NCBI RefSeq assembly: GCF_001194135.2
Contig: NC_068983.1
Coordinates: 88,832,117 to 88,865,418 of the forward strand
DNA from: Octopus bimaculoides
Lineage: Eukaryota
Reading direction: 5' to 3'
DNA length: 33,302 bases
Shown: positions 1 through 9,552 of the stretch, piece by piece
Numbering within the stretch: the stretch's first letter is position 1
Layout of the letters: the number at the start of each line of letters is the position of its first letter
The notes under the pieces: generated by a model
Seen by the model: only the letters and a program-made list of their open reading frames with translations
Told to the model about the DNA's origin: nothing
The model's database searches: none
Program-made: the position numbers and the translations under genes

Positions 1-323
1 ATATAGCCAGAACCTGAAGACCTTAAGGAAAAACTAAGAAAGAGAGAGATAGGATGGAGGGGTAGACAGAGGCATGGCGGGAGAAAAGATCATCATCATC
101 ATCATCATATATATATATATAAAGAGAGAGAGAGAGAGGGGGGGACCAGTCAAGCAGCACATCACGCTGTAATTCTTGGGCTGAGAAATCAACACTTAAA
201 AGCCATAATTTTAAGGAGCGATAAGAATTTTTGAATAAAGGAAAATGGGTAGGGGTGGGTAGGTACCGCCAGCGAGTAGATAGGGCTCTTAATTGTATAT
301 ATATATATATATATATATATCCA

Positions 324-475
324 ATGGGCTTCTTTCATTTTCCATCTACCAATTCCACTTACAAGGCTTTGATCAGCCCAAGGCTATAGTAGAAGACCTT
401 GCCCAAGGTGCCACAGAGTGGAACTGAACTCAGAACTATGTGGTTGGTAAACAAGCTTCTTACCGAACAGCCATA
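324..475 (-). mobile_element. tRNA-derived SINE family A, 5' part only
   Basis: Reverse complement matches the heads at 5557-5725 and 24547-24700 (tRNA-like start, CTTGGGCAAGGTCTTCTACTATAGCC, GGTAGATGGAAA..GAAAGAAGCCC). It ends in (TA)n at about 295-320. Confidence 0.85.
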
Positions 476-1099
476 CTTGTAGAGAATATTTTAAATTTCA
501 TCGTCAATGGTAGATTCAACTGAAGATGACCAATCGAATTCATTCTCACACATGTGATCTGAAAAGTTTGAAACTGCACTATTGAATTATCCTTCATTTC
601 TCCAACAGTCTCCATAGAGGTAAGACGGAATTTTCCTATATTCACCACCCGCAAACATCTCTGCCTGTAAACATTTGGTAAAGATCTACATAGCGCCAAT
701 AGCTTATTGGCTGCTATTCCTAGCAACGATTGTACTTTGTGTACATCAGCTTTGTATGTATGTATATATATATATATGTATATATGTATATATATAAAGT
801 TAGATACATTTAATTATGTAGTTATATACAATCATAGGTATGTATATATGATGAACTCTCCCGTCAGTTTTGGCGTATGAGGCTCTGACAATGTACTCTT
901 TCTTTGTCAGTCATAATGCTTATGTCAAATGTAACATTTAAGTCCCACCAACGATTTGCAAAAAAGGCCACAGATGTTGCAAGTTTGAGGATAACAGGTC
1001 AGTGTAGGTGGTATATTTGCAACCACTTATCTCTTTTGCCTTGCACCCCAAAGCCTGTTAATGCTGGTTGCAACAACGTTATATATGTGTGTGTATATA

Positions 1100-1260
1100 T
1101 ATACTTGAAAATTACAGAAAAACAAAAGAAGACAGGTGTATAAACAACAAACAGGTGTATTAGTTTAATGCTCAGGAAGGTGAGAAAGTTTTTTACGTTT
1201 TGAGCCTACGCTCTTCAATAGAAAGGAACACGAGGAAATAAACAGAGATAGAATGAAAAC
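1100..1260 (-). mobile_element. Non-coding Penelope-like terminal-repeat remnant with a decayed minimal hammerhead motif
   Basis: Minus strand 1221-1194 reads CTATTGA-A-GAGC-GTAG-GCTC-AAAAC-GT-A, which is the layout of a minimal hammerhead with several core substitutions. Flanked by TA-rich microsatellite. Confidence 0.35.
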
Positions 1261-1313
1261 AACTTTGGAGCTAATGGTCAATCATGGCAGCTGGTTGGAC
1301 AGAGGTATAGGTA

Positions 1314-1356
<43 letters not shown>

Positions 1357-1493
1357 TATAATTAAAGTCATAGGTATATTTATGTATATATAATTCTGAA
1401 TATACATGATTATATATAGTTACATAGTTTTGTGTGTGTGTGTGAATATACACATAGTTTTATATATATGTATGTGTGTGTGTGTATCATTTA

Positions 1494-2265
1494 TAGGGTG
1501 TTGTGGCTAAATTTGATGATTTTTCTTTTATGTCTTCTTTTTTCAGGAACAGCTTGATGTGTTAGTGAACAGTAGTTGAGAAAAAGTCAGTTAACTTGGA
1601 GGACTGGAAGCCATCTGAATACTGGAAAAAAGTTACGAGTAGCATGATGATTCTTCCAGGTATCAAAATGCCAATATGTTCAATGCTCTCTGAACAGTGT
1701 AAAAGCTGTAAGACATGATATGGACAGCTGCAATGGAGACTAGAAAGCCATGCCCTGCAAGAAGGCTTTCTGACTGCATCTGTATGCTGGAATTCAACCC
1801 CACATCTTTGAACAGGGCCTTAGGCTCAATTCAGATGGCCATGTGAAGCTGCTGGAGACTATGATCAATCCCTGGCTGGAAGGGATTGCTGCTGGATGGC
1901 CATACGTGTGGTAGCAGGATTCAGCTCCTAACCATGCCTCCAGAAAGAGTCAGAAATGATTGTCAGAGAATTTCTATGACTTCACCAGCTCCAATTTCTG
2001 ACCTCATAATTACCCCAATTGCAATTCCATGGATTGTGTGGGGCCCAGCTGGTGGCCAAGATGAAGGAGGTACTCAAAAATCTTCCCAGAGACACAGTGA
2101 GAAACACATGTGCCAGGTACCAGAACCATTTTGAGGCCATGGTGGAAGCAGAGGGTGGCTACTTTGAGTAAACTGCTATCTCCCAGCCATAATATAGTTG
2201 ATATTTTTTTGATCTTTTAAAATACTTTTATTTTTGGGTGGGACAAATTTAGTCTGAATATACTG
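1494..2265 (+). mobile_element. Tc1/mariner DNA transposon, DD37D (maT-like), internally deleted and decayed
   Basis: Translation across stops gives LRLNSDGHVKLLETMINPWLEGIAAGWPYVW*QDSAPNHASRKSQK*LSENFYDFTSSNF*PHNYPNCNSMD, with 37 residues between the last two Asp, and ends EAMVEAEGGYFE*. Degenerate 22-bp TIRs at 1494-1515 and 2244-2265 (15/22). Confidence 0.88.
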
Positions 2266-2300
2266 TGTAATTACATGTATATATNNNNNNNNNNTATATA

Positions 2301-3580
2301 TGGTGTGGTGAATAAATTGTTGTCTAAATTATGCAAAAATGAAAATAACGCTGACGACTCATTTTAACAGATATCTTTACCAAAATTACATAAAATATCT
2401 TGAAATAAATAAAGAGTAAATTTATTCCATAAAATCACCATTGGCTTCAACCACGGCCTCCAGACAACTTCAGAATCTTCTCTAACTCATCTGGACAGCC
2501 TCTTTGTTTAAGTAGTTGAATGCTGCTATAATCTGTGCCTTCAATTCATCTTTGGTGTTACAAGGAGTTCTGTTAGTCTTTCACTCAACTGTGTGCCACA
2601 CATAATAATCAATGGAGTTGCAGTCTGGGGAGTTAGGTGGGCAAATCTTAGGGATGATGTGGTCGCAGAAATTGCCTGACAGCCATGACTAGGTTCTCCT
2701 GCTTGTGTGGTATGGTGCAAAGTCCTGTTATCAGACATAGAGTCTTCCTGCAGCCACCCTCTTGACCCAGGGCAGCACTATCTCCTCCAGGCACTTGACA
2801 TAGGCCTCCATGTTGAGTCTGAGGCCATGGTAAGAAGATGATAAGAAGTATAACATCGCCATCACAAGTGATCACTCCAAACACCATAATGTTGATTGGA
2901 AGTTTGATTTTTATCACTCTTGGTACATGTTTTGAAGATGTGGCAAACCAATGGTTGTTCTGTATGTTCACCATCTGATCCTGGCAGAAATTATTCCCGT
3001 CTGAGAAAAACCAAAGCATGTTCAATTGAGTTTTGTTTAAAAGCTTCATAGTGCAGTCCTTCCACTTGTCCTTGATGGCTTGGGATAAAAATTGGCTCTT
3101 TCCCAACTTGAATGAGGAATACTAAATGTCTTCATGTACTACTTGTCTGATAAAAAAATTCAGACATTCCCATGTTCCTGGCGATGGACTTGATTGACTT
3201 GGAGGGATCGTTGTCAATCATGGTCTGGATCTCACCAACAAATTCATTTCTTTTCTTATCAGAGTGAGTTTTCCAAATTTCTGTACCTTTGTAATCACCA
3301 TTAGACTCATCCAACTCTTTCCAAATCCTCTGCACTGTCCTCAGATTGACACCTATACACTCTGAAATGTTTGTATTGGAGCTTTCAGCGCAATTACCAA
3401 GCAGTACAGCATGTCGTTTCGAAATTTCTGGTAGAGTGAATTGCGTTATGGTGCTATTTTTTTCACAGATGGTGCTCAACTGACCCCACCATACTGTGTA
3501 GTCAATAAAATCAAAAACAAACAATGAGCATGCGCGAAATTAAAAATATAAAATGATGACAATTTACCCATCGCACCCCA
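2301..3580 (-). mobile_element. Full-length (~1.28 kb) decayed Tc1/mariner DD37D (maT-like) element
   Basis: ORF 3132-3524 gives an N-terminal HTH region (ISECIGVNLRTVQRIWK; SIKSIARNMGMSE). ORF 2648-3106 has WFFSD and IMVFGVIT. Downstream it reads QDFAPYHTS..PPNSPDCNSID (37-residue spacing) and ends LEAVVEANGDFME*. Imperfect TIRs at both ends sit in TA runs. Contains frameshifts and stops. Confidence 0.93.
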
Positions 3581-3589
3581 TATATACAT

Positions 3590-4174
3590 ATTGAAAGGTA
3601 TAATGAACAAATGCTCAAATTGGTCAAAACAACTTTATAACATTCCCATATTATCATAAATCGAATATAAATATATATTCTTTTCTACTCTAGACGCAAT
3701 GCCTGAAATGGGGAGGGCACAGTTGATTAGATTGATCCCAGTACACAACTGGTACTTAAATTATCGACCCCGAAAGGATGAAAGGCAAAGTTGACCTCGG
3801 TGGAATTTGAACTCAGAACATAAACACAGACAAAATACTGCTAAGCATTTCGCCCATTATGCTAATGTTTCTGCCAGCTTGCCATTTATTTTTATATTTA
3901 TACATTTATATTATTTTGGTTTCATTGCCTTAAATTTTTAGTCGCTTTTATTATGCACTAATTTAATCCATACATTTTTCTTCATTCGGCTTCACTCATA
4001 TTACCCTTTTAGGTTTTATCACCTTTTGTATTTGTATGTACATTTTATATTACTGGATTTTACCATTGGGTGCCCTGGTGTTTTAATATATATTTATATT
4101 CGATTTATGATAATATGGGAATGTTATAAAGTAGTTTTGACCAATTACAGCATTTATTCATGAAACCTTTCAAT
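3590..4174. repeat. Fold-back element with ~90-bp inverted arms (3590-3679 / 4085-4174)
   Basis: 3618-3679 is the reverse complement of 4085-4146 at 61/62. The match extends outward about 28 bp with 5 further mismatches. A SINE sits inside. Confidence 0.85.
3676..3886 (-). mobile_element. tRNA-derived SINE family B
   Basis: Minus strand has head GGCAAGCTGGCAGAAAC, B-box-like GAGTTCAAATTCC and core GCCTTTCATCCTTTCGGGGTCGATAA. Homologous to 11058-11243, 12575-12905 and 32360-32557. Confidence 0.88.
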
Positions 4175-4245
4175 TTTTATATTTGAGAAACGAGGAACTC
4201 TGTACATTATTTACATTTGACAGATATTTGTCCTCATCTTGTTTG

Positions 4246-4290
4246 TTAACACGTTTTGGCTGATATACTCTCCAGCTTTCATCAGGTGTC
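4246..4290 (-). ncRNA. Decayed type-I hammerhead ribozyme motif
   Basis: GACAC-CTGATGA-AA-GCTG-GAGAGTATAT-CAGC-C-AAAAC-GTGTT. GAAA is changed to AAAA (CpG-type decay) and the cleavage triplet is missing. Probably inactive. Confidence 0.6.
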
Positions 4291-4359
4291 TTGGGGAAAT
4301 TTCGAACTTGGTTTCTCATTCCTAAGGTATTTTTCGACATTACTATTATTATCATTATT

Positions 4360-4434
4360 CAGGTCACTGCCTCAAATCAAACTCGGAATCTTGAGGTTAT
4401 TAGCCCGCGCTCTCAACCACTATGCCATATGCCC
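4360..4434 (-). pseudogene. tRNA-like module (Ile-AAT-like) inside the PLE 3' UTR; not a functional tRNA
   Basis: GGGCATATGGCATAGTGGTTGAGAGCGCGGGCTAATAACCTCAAGATTCCGAGTTTGATTTGAGG. A box TGGCATAGTGG, anticodon-loop-like CTAATAA, B-box-like GAGTTTGATT. Acceptor and T stems do not pair. Confidence 0.7.
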
Positions 4435-4974
4435 ATGAGCAATTATGGAGTGAATTTGTAGGGTTTATAAATCTAATATTTTCCTATCCTTCCTTAATAC
4501 CAGTTCCCATATGCTACTCATATCTGCACTTGGTCTGCTTAGGAGGTTATTATGTCCTAGCATATGTGCTGCTTCTTTTAGTTTTTGTATTTTCCAGTGG
4601 TGTTCTCTGTCTATTATTTAACTTCATCCCACAGGGGAAGGTGGTCTCCGTTTTTCCATACATGATCAGCTATACCTGATTTATCAATATCTCCTCATGT
4701 CACAGCTTTGCGATGTTCCTCTACCCTTATTTTGAGGGGCAGCATGTTTCGCCTTTGTATAACCTACCACAGCTGCATGGGATGGAGTACACGCAGTCTT
4801 TGGTCATATTGTCTTCTATTGGTGGTTTTACTTCAAGGAGATATTTGCAAAGTGTTGTATTACTCTTGAATACTGTCCTGATGTCATATGGGCTACATAT
4901 CTTTTGTATCTTTTCAGAGAGGCCTTTCACATAGACCGAAGTTATAAAATTTTCCTCATATATATATAAGACAC

Positions 4975-5287
4975 CATTCTGAGCGTGGCCGTTGCCAGTA
5001 CCACCTGACTGGCCTTCGTGCGGGTGACACGTAAAAGCACCCACTACACTCTCTGAGTGGTTGGTGTTAGGAAGGGCATCCAGCTGTAGAAACTCTGCCA
5101 AATTAGATTGGAGCCTGGTGTTGCCATCCGGTTTCACCNNNNNNNNNNGGGCATCCAGCTGTAGAAACTCTGCCAAATTAGATTGGAGCCTGGTGTTGCC
5201 ATCCGGTTTCACCAGTCCTCAGTCAAATCGTCCAACCCATGCTAGCATGGAAAGCGGACGTTAAACGATGATGATGATGATGATGAT
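4975..5287 (+). mobile_element. RTE LINE 3' end (5'-truncated copy or tail-sharing SINE)
   Basis: Ends in CCATGCTAGCATGGAAAGCGGACGTTAAAC(GAT)n, the same terminus as the coding RTE copies at 9553 and 18440. Contains a 10-N gap with duplicated overlap. Confidence 0.88.
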
Positions 5288-5344
5288 ATATATATATACA
5301 CACACACACACATATATACACATACACATACATATTATATATCC

Positions 5345-5525
5345 TCATCATTTAATATCCATGTTCCATGCTGGAACAGGCTGGACAGTTCAATAGGATC
5401 AGATGCATTATGCTCCAGTGTCTGCTTTGGTATGGTTTCTACAGTTGGAAGCTCTTCCTAATGCCAACCACTTTACACTATGTACTGGGTGCTTTTTTTG
5501 TACCATCAGTACTAGTGAGGTCGAA
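5345..5525 (-). mobile_element. RTE LINE 3' end, diverged
   Basis: CATCATTTAATATCCATGTTCCATGCTGG...GGTTTCTACAGTTGGA...CCTAATGCCAACCAC; reverse complement of the RTE tail family. Confidence 0.8.
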
Positions 5526-5556
5526 TACAGTTCATAAGACTACAAATATAAGTGAA

Positions 5557-5725
5557 GGTATGGCTGTGTGGCTTAAAAGTTCAGCTTGCAACCACATGGT
5601 TCTGGGTCCAGTCCCACTGCATGGCACCTTGGGCAAGTGTCCTTTATTATAGCCCTAGGCTAACCAATCCCTTGTGAGTGAATCTGGTAGATGCAAACTT
5701 TGTGGAATCCCAGCGTATATGTGTG
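5557..5725 (+). mobile_element. SINE family A, 5' part
   Basis: GGTATGGCTGTGTGG..GGTTCTGGGTCCAGTCCCACTGCATGGCACCTTGGGCAAGTGTC, then a (GT)n run; homologous to 24547-24700. Confidence 0.85.
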
Positions 5726-5729
5726 TGTG

Positions 5730-6860
5730 TGTTTTGTTCACCCCGCCCCAACTACACTTGATATATTCTCCCAACACTTTTCGAGATACGAAATGCCTTC
5801 AGGAACTTGTTTTCATAATGCAAAAATCTCATTACAAATTTTCTGCAATATCTTCTAACATCTGAAATTAGTAATCTTTCAGTGGAAAGGGAATTCAACT
5901 TTAAGAACAAGACACAAATCTACAAGAATCAAATCCCAGGAATAGAGTAACTGATGGATGAGAGTAATTTCTAGTTTGCCACAAAGCCATAGATAAAGAG
6001 TTTCATAGTGCAACATCCACGTCTTGTTTGTCCATGCTTTGGGCATCTTCCTTCACACTCTTTCTCAATTACCTCAGAACATTCAAGTAAATTTATTATT
6101 GATTGTTTCACATAGCAGAACAAACACAATGAGTAACACCTTTCCAAACAAAAACAGATGATCAACATCACTTTCACTTTTGAGAGACTCTGATGTGCTT
6201 GTTTTGGTCATGGCAGTAATGATTCAACACACTGTAATGTGCCTTTTGTTCTAACGTTGTAATCATACTCCTGCAGCTTATCAGTATTCAGATAATCCAG
6301 TAGTTCTTGACAAATCGTAACTAGGTTCTCTTTTTTTGTTCATAATTTTTTTAGCAACATTGTGCATCTTTAATTTTTCTTTCAAATTATGTTCTACAAA
6401 CCTTTACAGATAGCTACTATTTCAAAACTTCACAGACAACAGGCAATGGTTTTCACAGATCACAGCATGCACTTCTATAATGTGATTATTTTCAGTGAAT
6501 CTTCTTCCCCCTTTGAAACACTGATACTACAAATGATATTCCATGCAGTTCAAATGATCTTCTCCACAGACTGTTACAGCATTAGAAAACACTATAGAAA
6601 TTTTTTCTTAGTCTGAAGCAGAATTTCACACAAACACATAGCTCTTCCAAAGCTTTCATTGTTAAACCTTGCAACAGTTCACTGAGTGCACTAAACATGT
6701 ATTCACTCTAATACAAGTAGATAGCTGACTTACTGACATGGCATGATGTAGCTGTTACTAGAATTATGGTGAACGTCATTTAAATGATGGTACTGTAGTT
6801 GTGAGTATGCTGTGCTAGCTGGTCAGCATAATGTTTTTAAAAGTTTTGTTTCTTTTAGGA
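5730..6860 (-). mobile_element. Decayed mariner transposon (DD34D type)
   Basis: Start codon at 6659: MKALEELCVCVKFCFRL. Later segments VTICQELLD, EYDYNVRTKG, PKQAHQSLSKVKVMLIICF and YSWDLILVD match the mariner motifs CQELL, YDPETK, KVMLxVF and YSPDLAPxD. Many stops and frameshifts; TIRs not resolved. Confidence 0.85.
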
Positions 6861-6949
6861 CATGCATGCATGCAAGTGTGGTCAAAAGAACTATTAGTCT
6901 TGTCTTGTTCAGGGCATGTATTCATGCCATAAGATAAATGTAGTATTCT

Positions 6950-7130
6950 GTAAAGTAGTTGGTGTTAAGTGGGTAACCAGGTGTAGAAGCCATACCAAAA
7001 TTTACAAATACAAGTGAAATGTGATCCTTCAACTTGACTATCACAACAATAACTCCAAATAAGAACTGACTTGGACCATGATGACCCACCAAACTCTTGC
7101 CAGCACCGAAATAGGATGTAAAACATGTAT
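6950..7130 (+). mobile_element. Highly diverged RTE 3' tail
   Basis: GGTGTTAAG..CCAGGTGTAGAAGCCATACCAAA and CTTGCCAGCACCGAAATAGGATGTAAAACATG align with the RTE tail motifs. Confidence 0.6.
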
Positions 7131-7849
7131 ACTAAGAACAAAATTTTATAAATGAATAAAGATTATACCCAACAAAGGATTGTAGAATTTGTACTTTCTT
7201 CATAGCTTGATTTCTTGGTGCTTATACTCAACCCCAGCAAATTTATGGCACAAAGGTAGCAGATAAAGTGCTTGAAAGCAACAGGCTAATCATCCCAACA
7301 GAAATTCCCTGCTTTTGTCTGCATTCTAACTGCACTGTTTTTTCTGGTTGGTTCTGTACACTATAGTGTGGAGCTCAGGACATGCTGTATCCTGTGTTAA
7401 TGCAGTTCACCAGCTCTGATAGTGTACATTTCAAAGACTGGCAAGGAGACAGTGCTGAAGAGTTTGAATTCTTTGTTTCATAAGTAGTGGTGAAAAATCC
7501 AGCAGAGAACTAGCGTTTAGTGAGAATATTGATATTGCTGTTTTTCTATATATATATATAAGTCAGTAAATAGTGGGGTTGTGTTAACCGCACGTGGAGA
7601 AATAATAGGAAAATGAAAAATAATAATAATAAGGCAGAATGCTAAACTGGAAGCATATTTTAATAAAGATTTCTAACCGGCTTTCATTGTATGGCAAATT
7701 ATCAAGAAGTGGGAGAATGAAAATGTTTTTTACAAAGAAGTAAAAAATGAAAAAAATAATATATAAAAAAATAAATATACCAATACATTATATTGTCTTT
7801 CAGCTTTTAAAGTTCAATGGTAATCCATGTAAATAGTTGGAAAAATAAG

Positions 7850-8461
7850 NNNNNNNNNNNNNNNNNNNNNNNNNNNNNNNNNNNNNNNNNNNNNNNNNNN
7901 NNNNNNNNNNNNNNNNNNNNNNNNNNNNNNNNNNNNNNNNNNNNNNNNNNNNNNNNNNNNNNNNNNNNNNNNNNNNNNNNNNNNNNNNNNNNNNNNNNNN
8001 NNNNNNNNNNNNNNNNNNNNNNNNNNNNNNNNNNNNNNNNNNNNNNNNNNNNNNNNNNNNNNNNNNNNNNNNNNNNNNNNNNNNNNNNNNNNNNNNNNNN
8101 NNNNNNNNNNNNNNNNNNNNNNNNNNNNNNNNNNNNNNNNNNNNNNNNNNNNNNNNNNNNNNNNNNNNNNNNNNNNNNNNNNNNNNNNNNNNNNNNNNNN
8201 NNNNNNNNNNNNNNNNNNNNNNNNNNNNNNNNNNNNNNNNNNNNNNNNNNNNNNNNNNNNNNNNNNNNNNNNNNNNNNNNNNNNNNNNNNNNNNNNNNNN
8301 NNNNNNNNNNNNNNNNNNNNNNNNNNNNNNNNNNNNNNNNNNNNNNNNNNNNNNNNNNNNNNNNNNNNNNNNNNNNNNNNNNNNNNNNNNNNNNNNNNNN
8401 NNNNNNNNNNNNNNNNNNNNNNNNNNNNNNNNNNNNNNNNNNNNNNNNNNNNNNNNNNNNN
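7850..8461. other. Assembly gap (612 N) followed by (GT)n
   Basis: Run of N. ORFs 7807-8625 and 7817-8569 are artefacts of it. Confidence 0.99.
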
Positions 8462-8501
<40 letters not shown>

Positions 8502-9552
8502 GTGTGCGTGTGTGTGTGGTCAGTTTATTGGTAATCATGCTGGTGCTGTTACTGCTACTGTTGTCATAGATACTGTAGATATTGTTAGACAATATGAATA
8601 GGTTAAAGTCCAAATGGTGAAGCACCAGGTAAGATACTTAGTTAGCTCATAGTTCTGGGGTCTAGTAGAGCTTAGACCCTGCTAGGAGAAGGGTTCAACT
8701 TTCCCTCTCAGTTCTTTAAAGTAAACGAAGTAATTAGCAATAATAACAAGTTCCAATTCCACAAGATGACTCAGGATAATATATATTGATATGAATGAAA
8801 TTGCTAAGAGTAACTGTAAAGTTAAGATGCAGGAGAACTGACTAGATGGTCCAAATCTGAAAAAATTCTGCGGGAGGAAAACCATGTTGTGACCTCATAC
8901 AAGGTACATAACCCTGATTGAATAAAAAAAATATATTCTACTTCTACTTCACAGGTAAATTGAGTTAATGGTAAAACGGTTATTCAACTGTGAAAATAAT
9001 TTTCCCAATGACAAGATATAACCCACCTTATCCAGTGTAACATGTAAAATAGTAGAAATAAAATCTGCATACGTTTGAATTTCTTGATAATAGGTAATGC
9101 TAATGCTTTTGTTCTTGTTTAACATATTTTGTCAGTTTGTTGATCACAACAGAAGCAGCTTTTTGGGAGTTTTGGCCATGCTAAATCCATACTTTTTTCA
9201 GTGTATCAAGTGTATAATGTTAGTATTTCTAGTTTCTCAGAATCTAGCCTGATAATTTAAATACAAGTTAACTTGTGGTAGGAAAGATGATTGCTGCACA
9301 TAGTTATTCACAAGTCCCTGATGATTCTATGTTTGGGATTAACATTTTGTTTAGAGCCTTGTAACACAGTCCAGTGAATAAGTTTTCTCTATATCACAGA
9401 ACATTGAATATTGTTGAGTTGATCTTCATACCATCTTCCATATAAATCCTGCATTTTTGACTGTTTATGTGCGTCACACTTGGTTTATATTTGTGGACAC
9501 ACGCACACATATATAAATGCATATGCATACATACATACATTACATACATATA

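Larger units (their letters stand above)
4175..4960 (-). mobile_element. Penelope-like retroelement 3' fragment (GIY-YIG endonuclease plus 3' UTR/pLTR)
   Basis: Minus translation VYVKGLSEKIQKICSPYDIRTVFKSNTTLCKYL..VYSIPCSCGRLYKGET, continuing after a frameshift as EEHRKAV..SGIADHVW..WDEVK..KLKEAAHM. This is the Penelope/Poseidon-type GIY-YIG region. A hammerhead-like motif follows in the UTR. Confidence 0.9.

Noticed and set aside
10-35. CTGAAGA-CCTTAAGG-AAAAAC as a hammerhead
   Set aside because: GAAA is absent and there is no helix III, cleavage triplet or stem I partner; the context is cut by the window start.
587-625. Apparent 11-nt micro-exon (609-619) between CAACAG and GTAAGA
   Set aside because: Length is not a multiple of three, longer versions have stops in all frames, and such pairs arise by chance in pyrimidine-rich DNA. 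ORF 460-726 has no recognisable homology.
5076-5211. 63-bp tandem duplication around 10 Ns
   Set aside because: Identical sequence on both sides of a placeholder gap is an unmerged contig overlap; the repeated peptide in ORFs 4727-5212 and 5061-5264 is an artefact.
7655-7715. Hammerhead-like layout on the minus strand (TGATAA..GAAAGCCGGTT)
   Set aside because: The CUGANGA box is not present and stem II does not form; at most a very old PLE end.
7807-8625. The two longest ORFs in the track (272 and 250 aa)
   Set aside because: They consist almost entirely of translated Ns and (GT)n.
8570-8634. Strong donor CAG|GTAAGA at 8629
   Set aside because: No good upstream acceptor gives an open, plausible exon.
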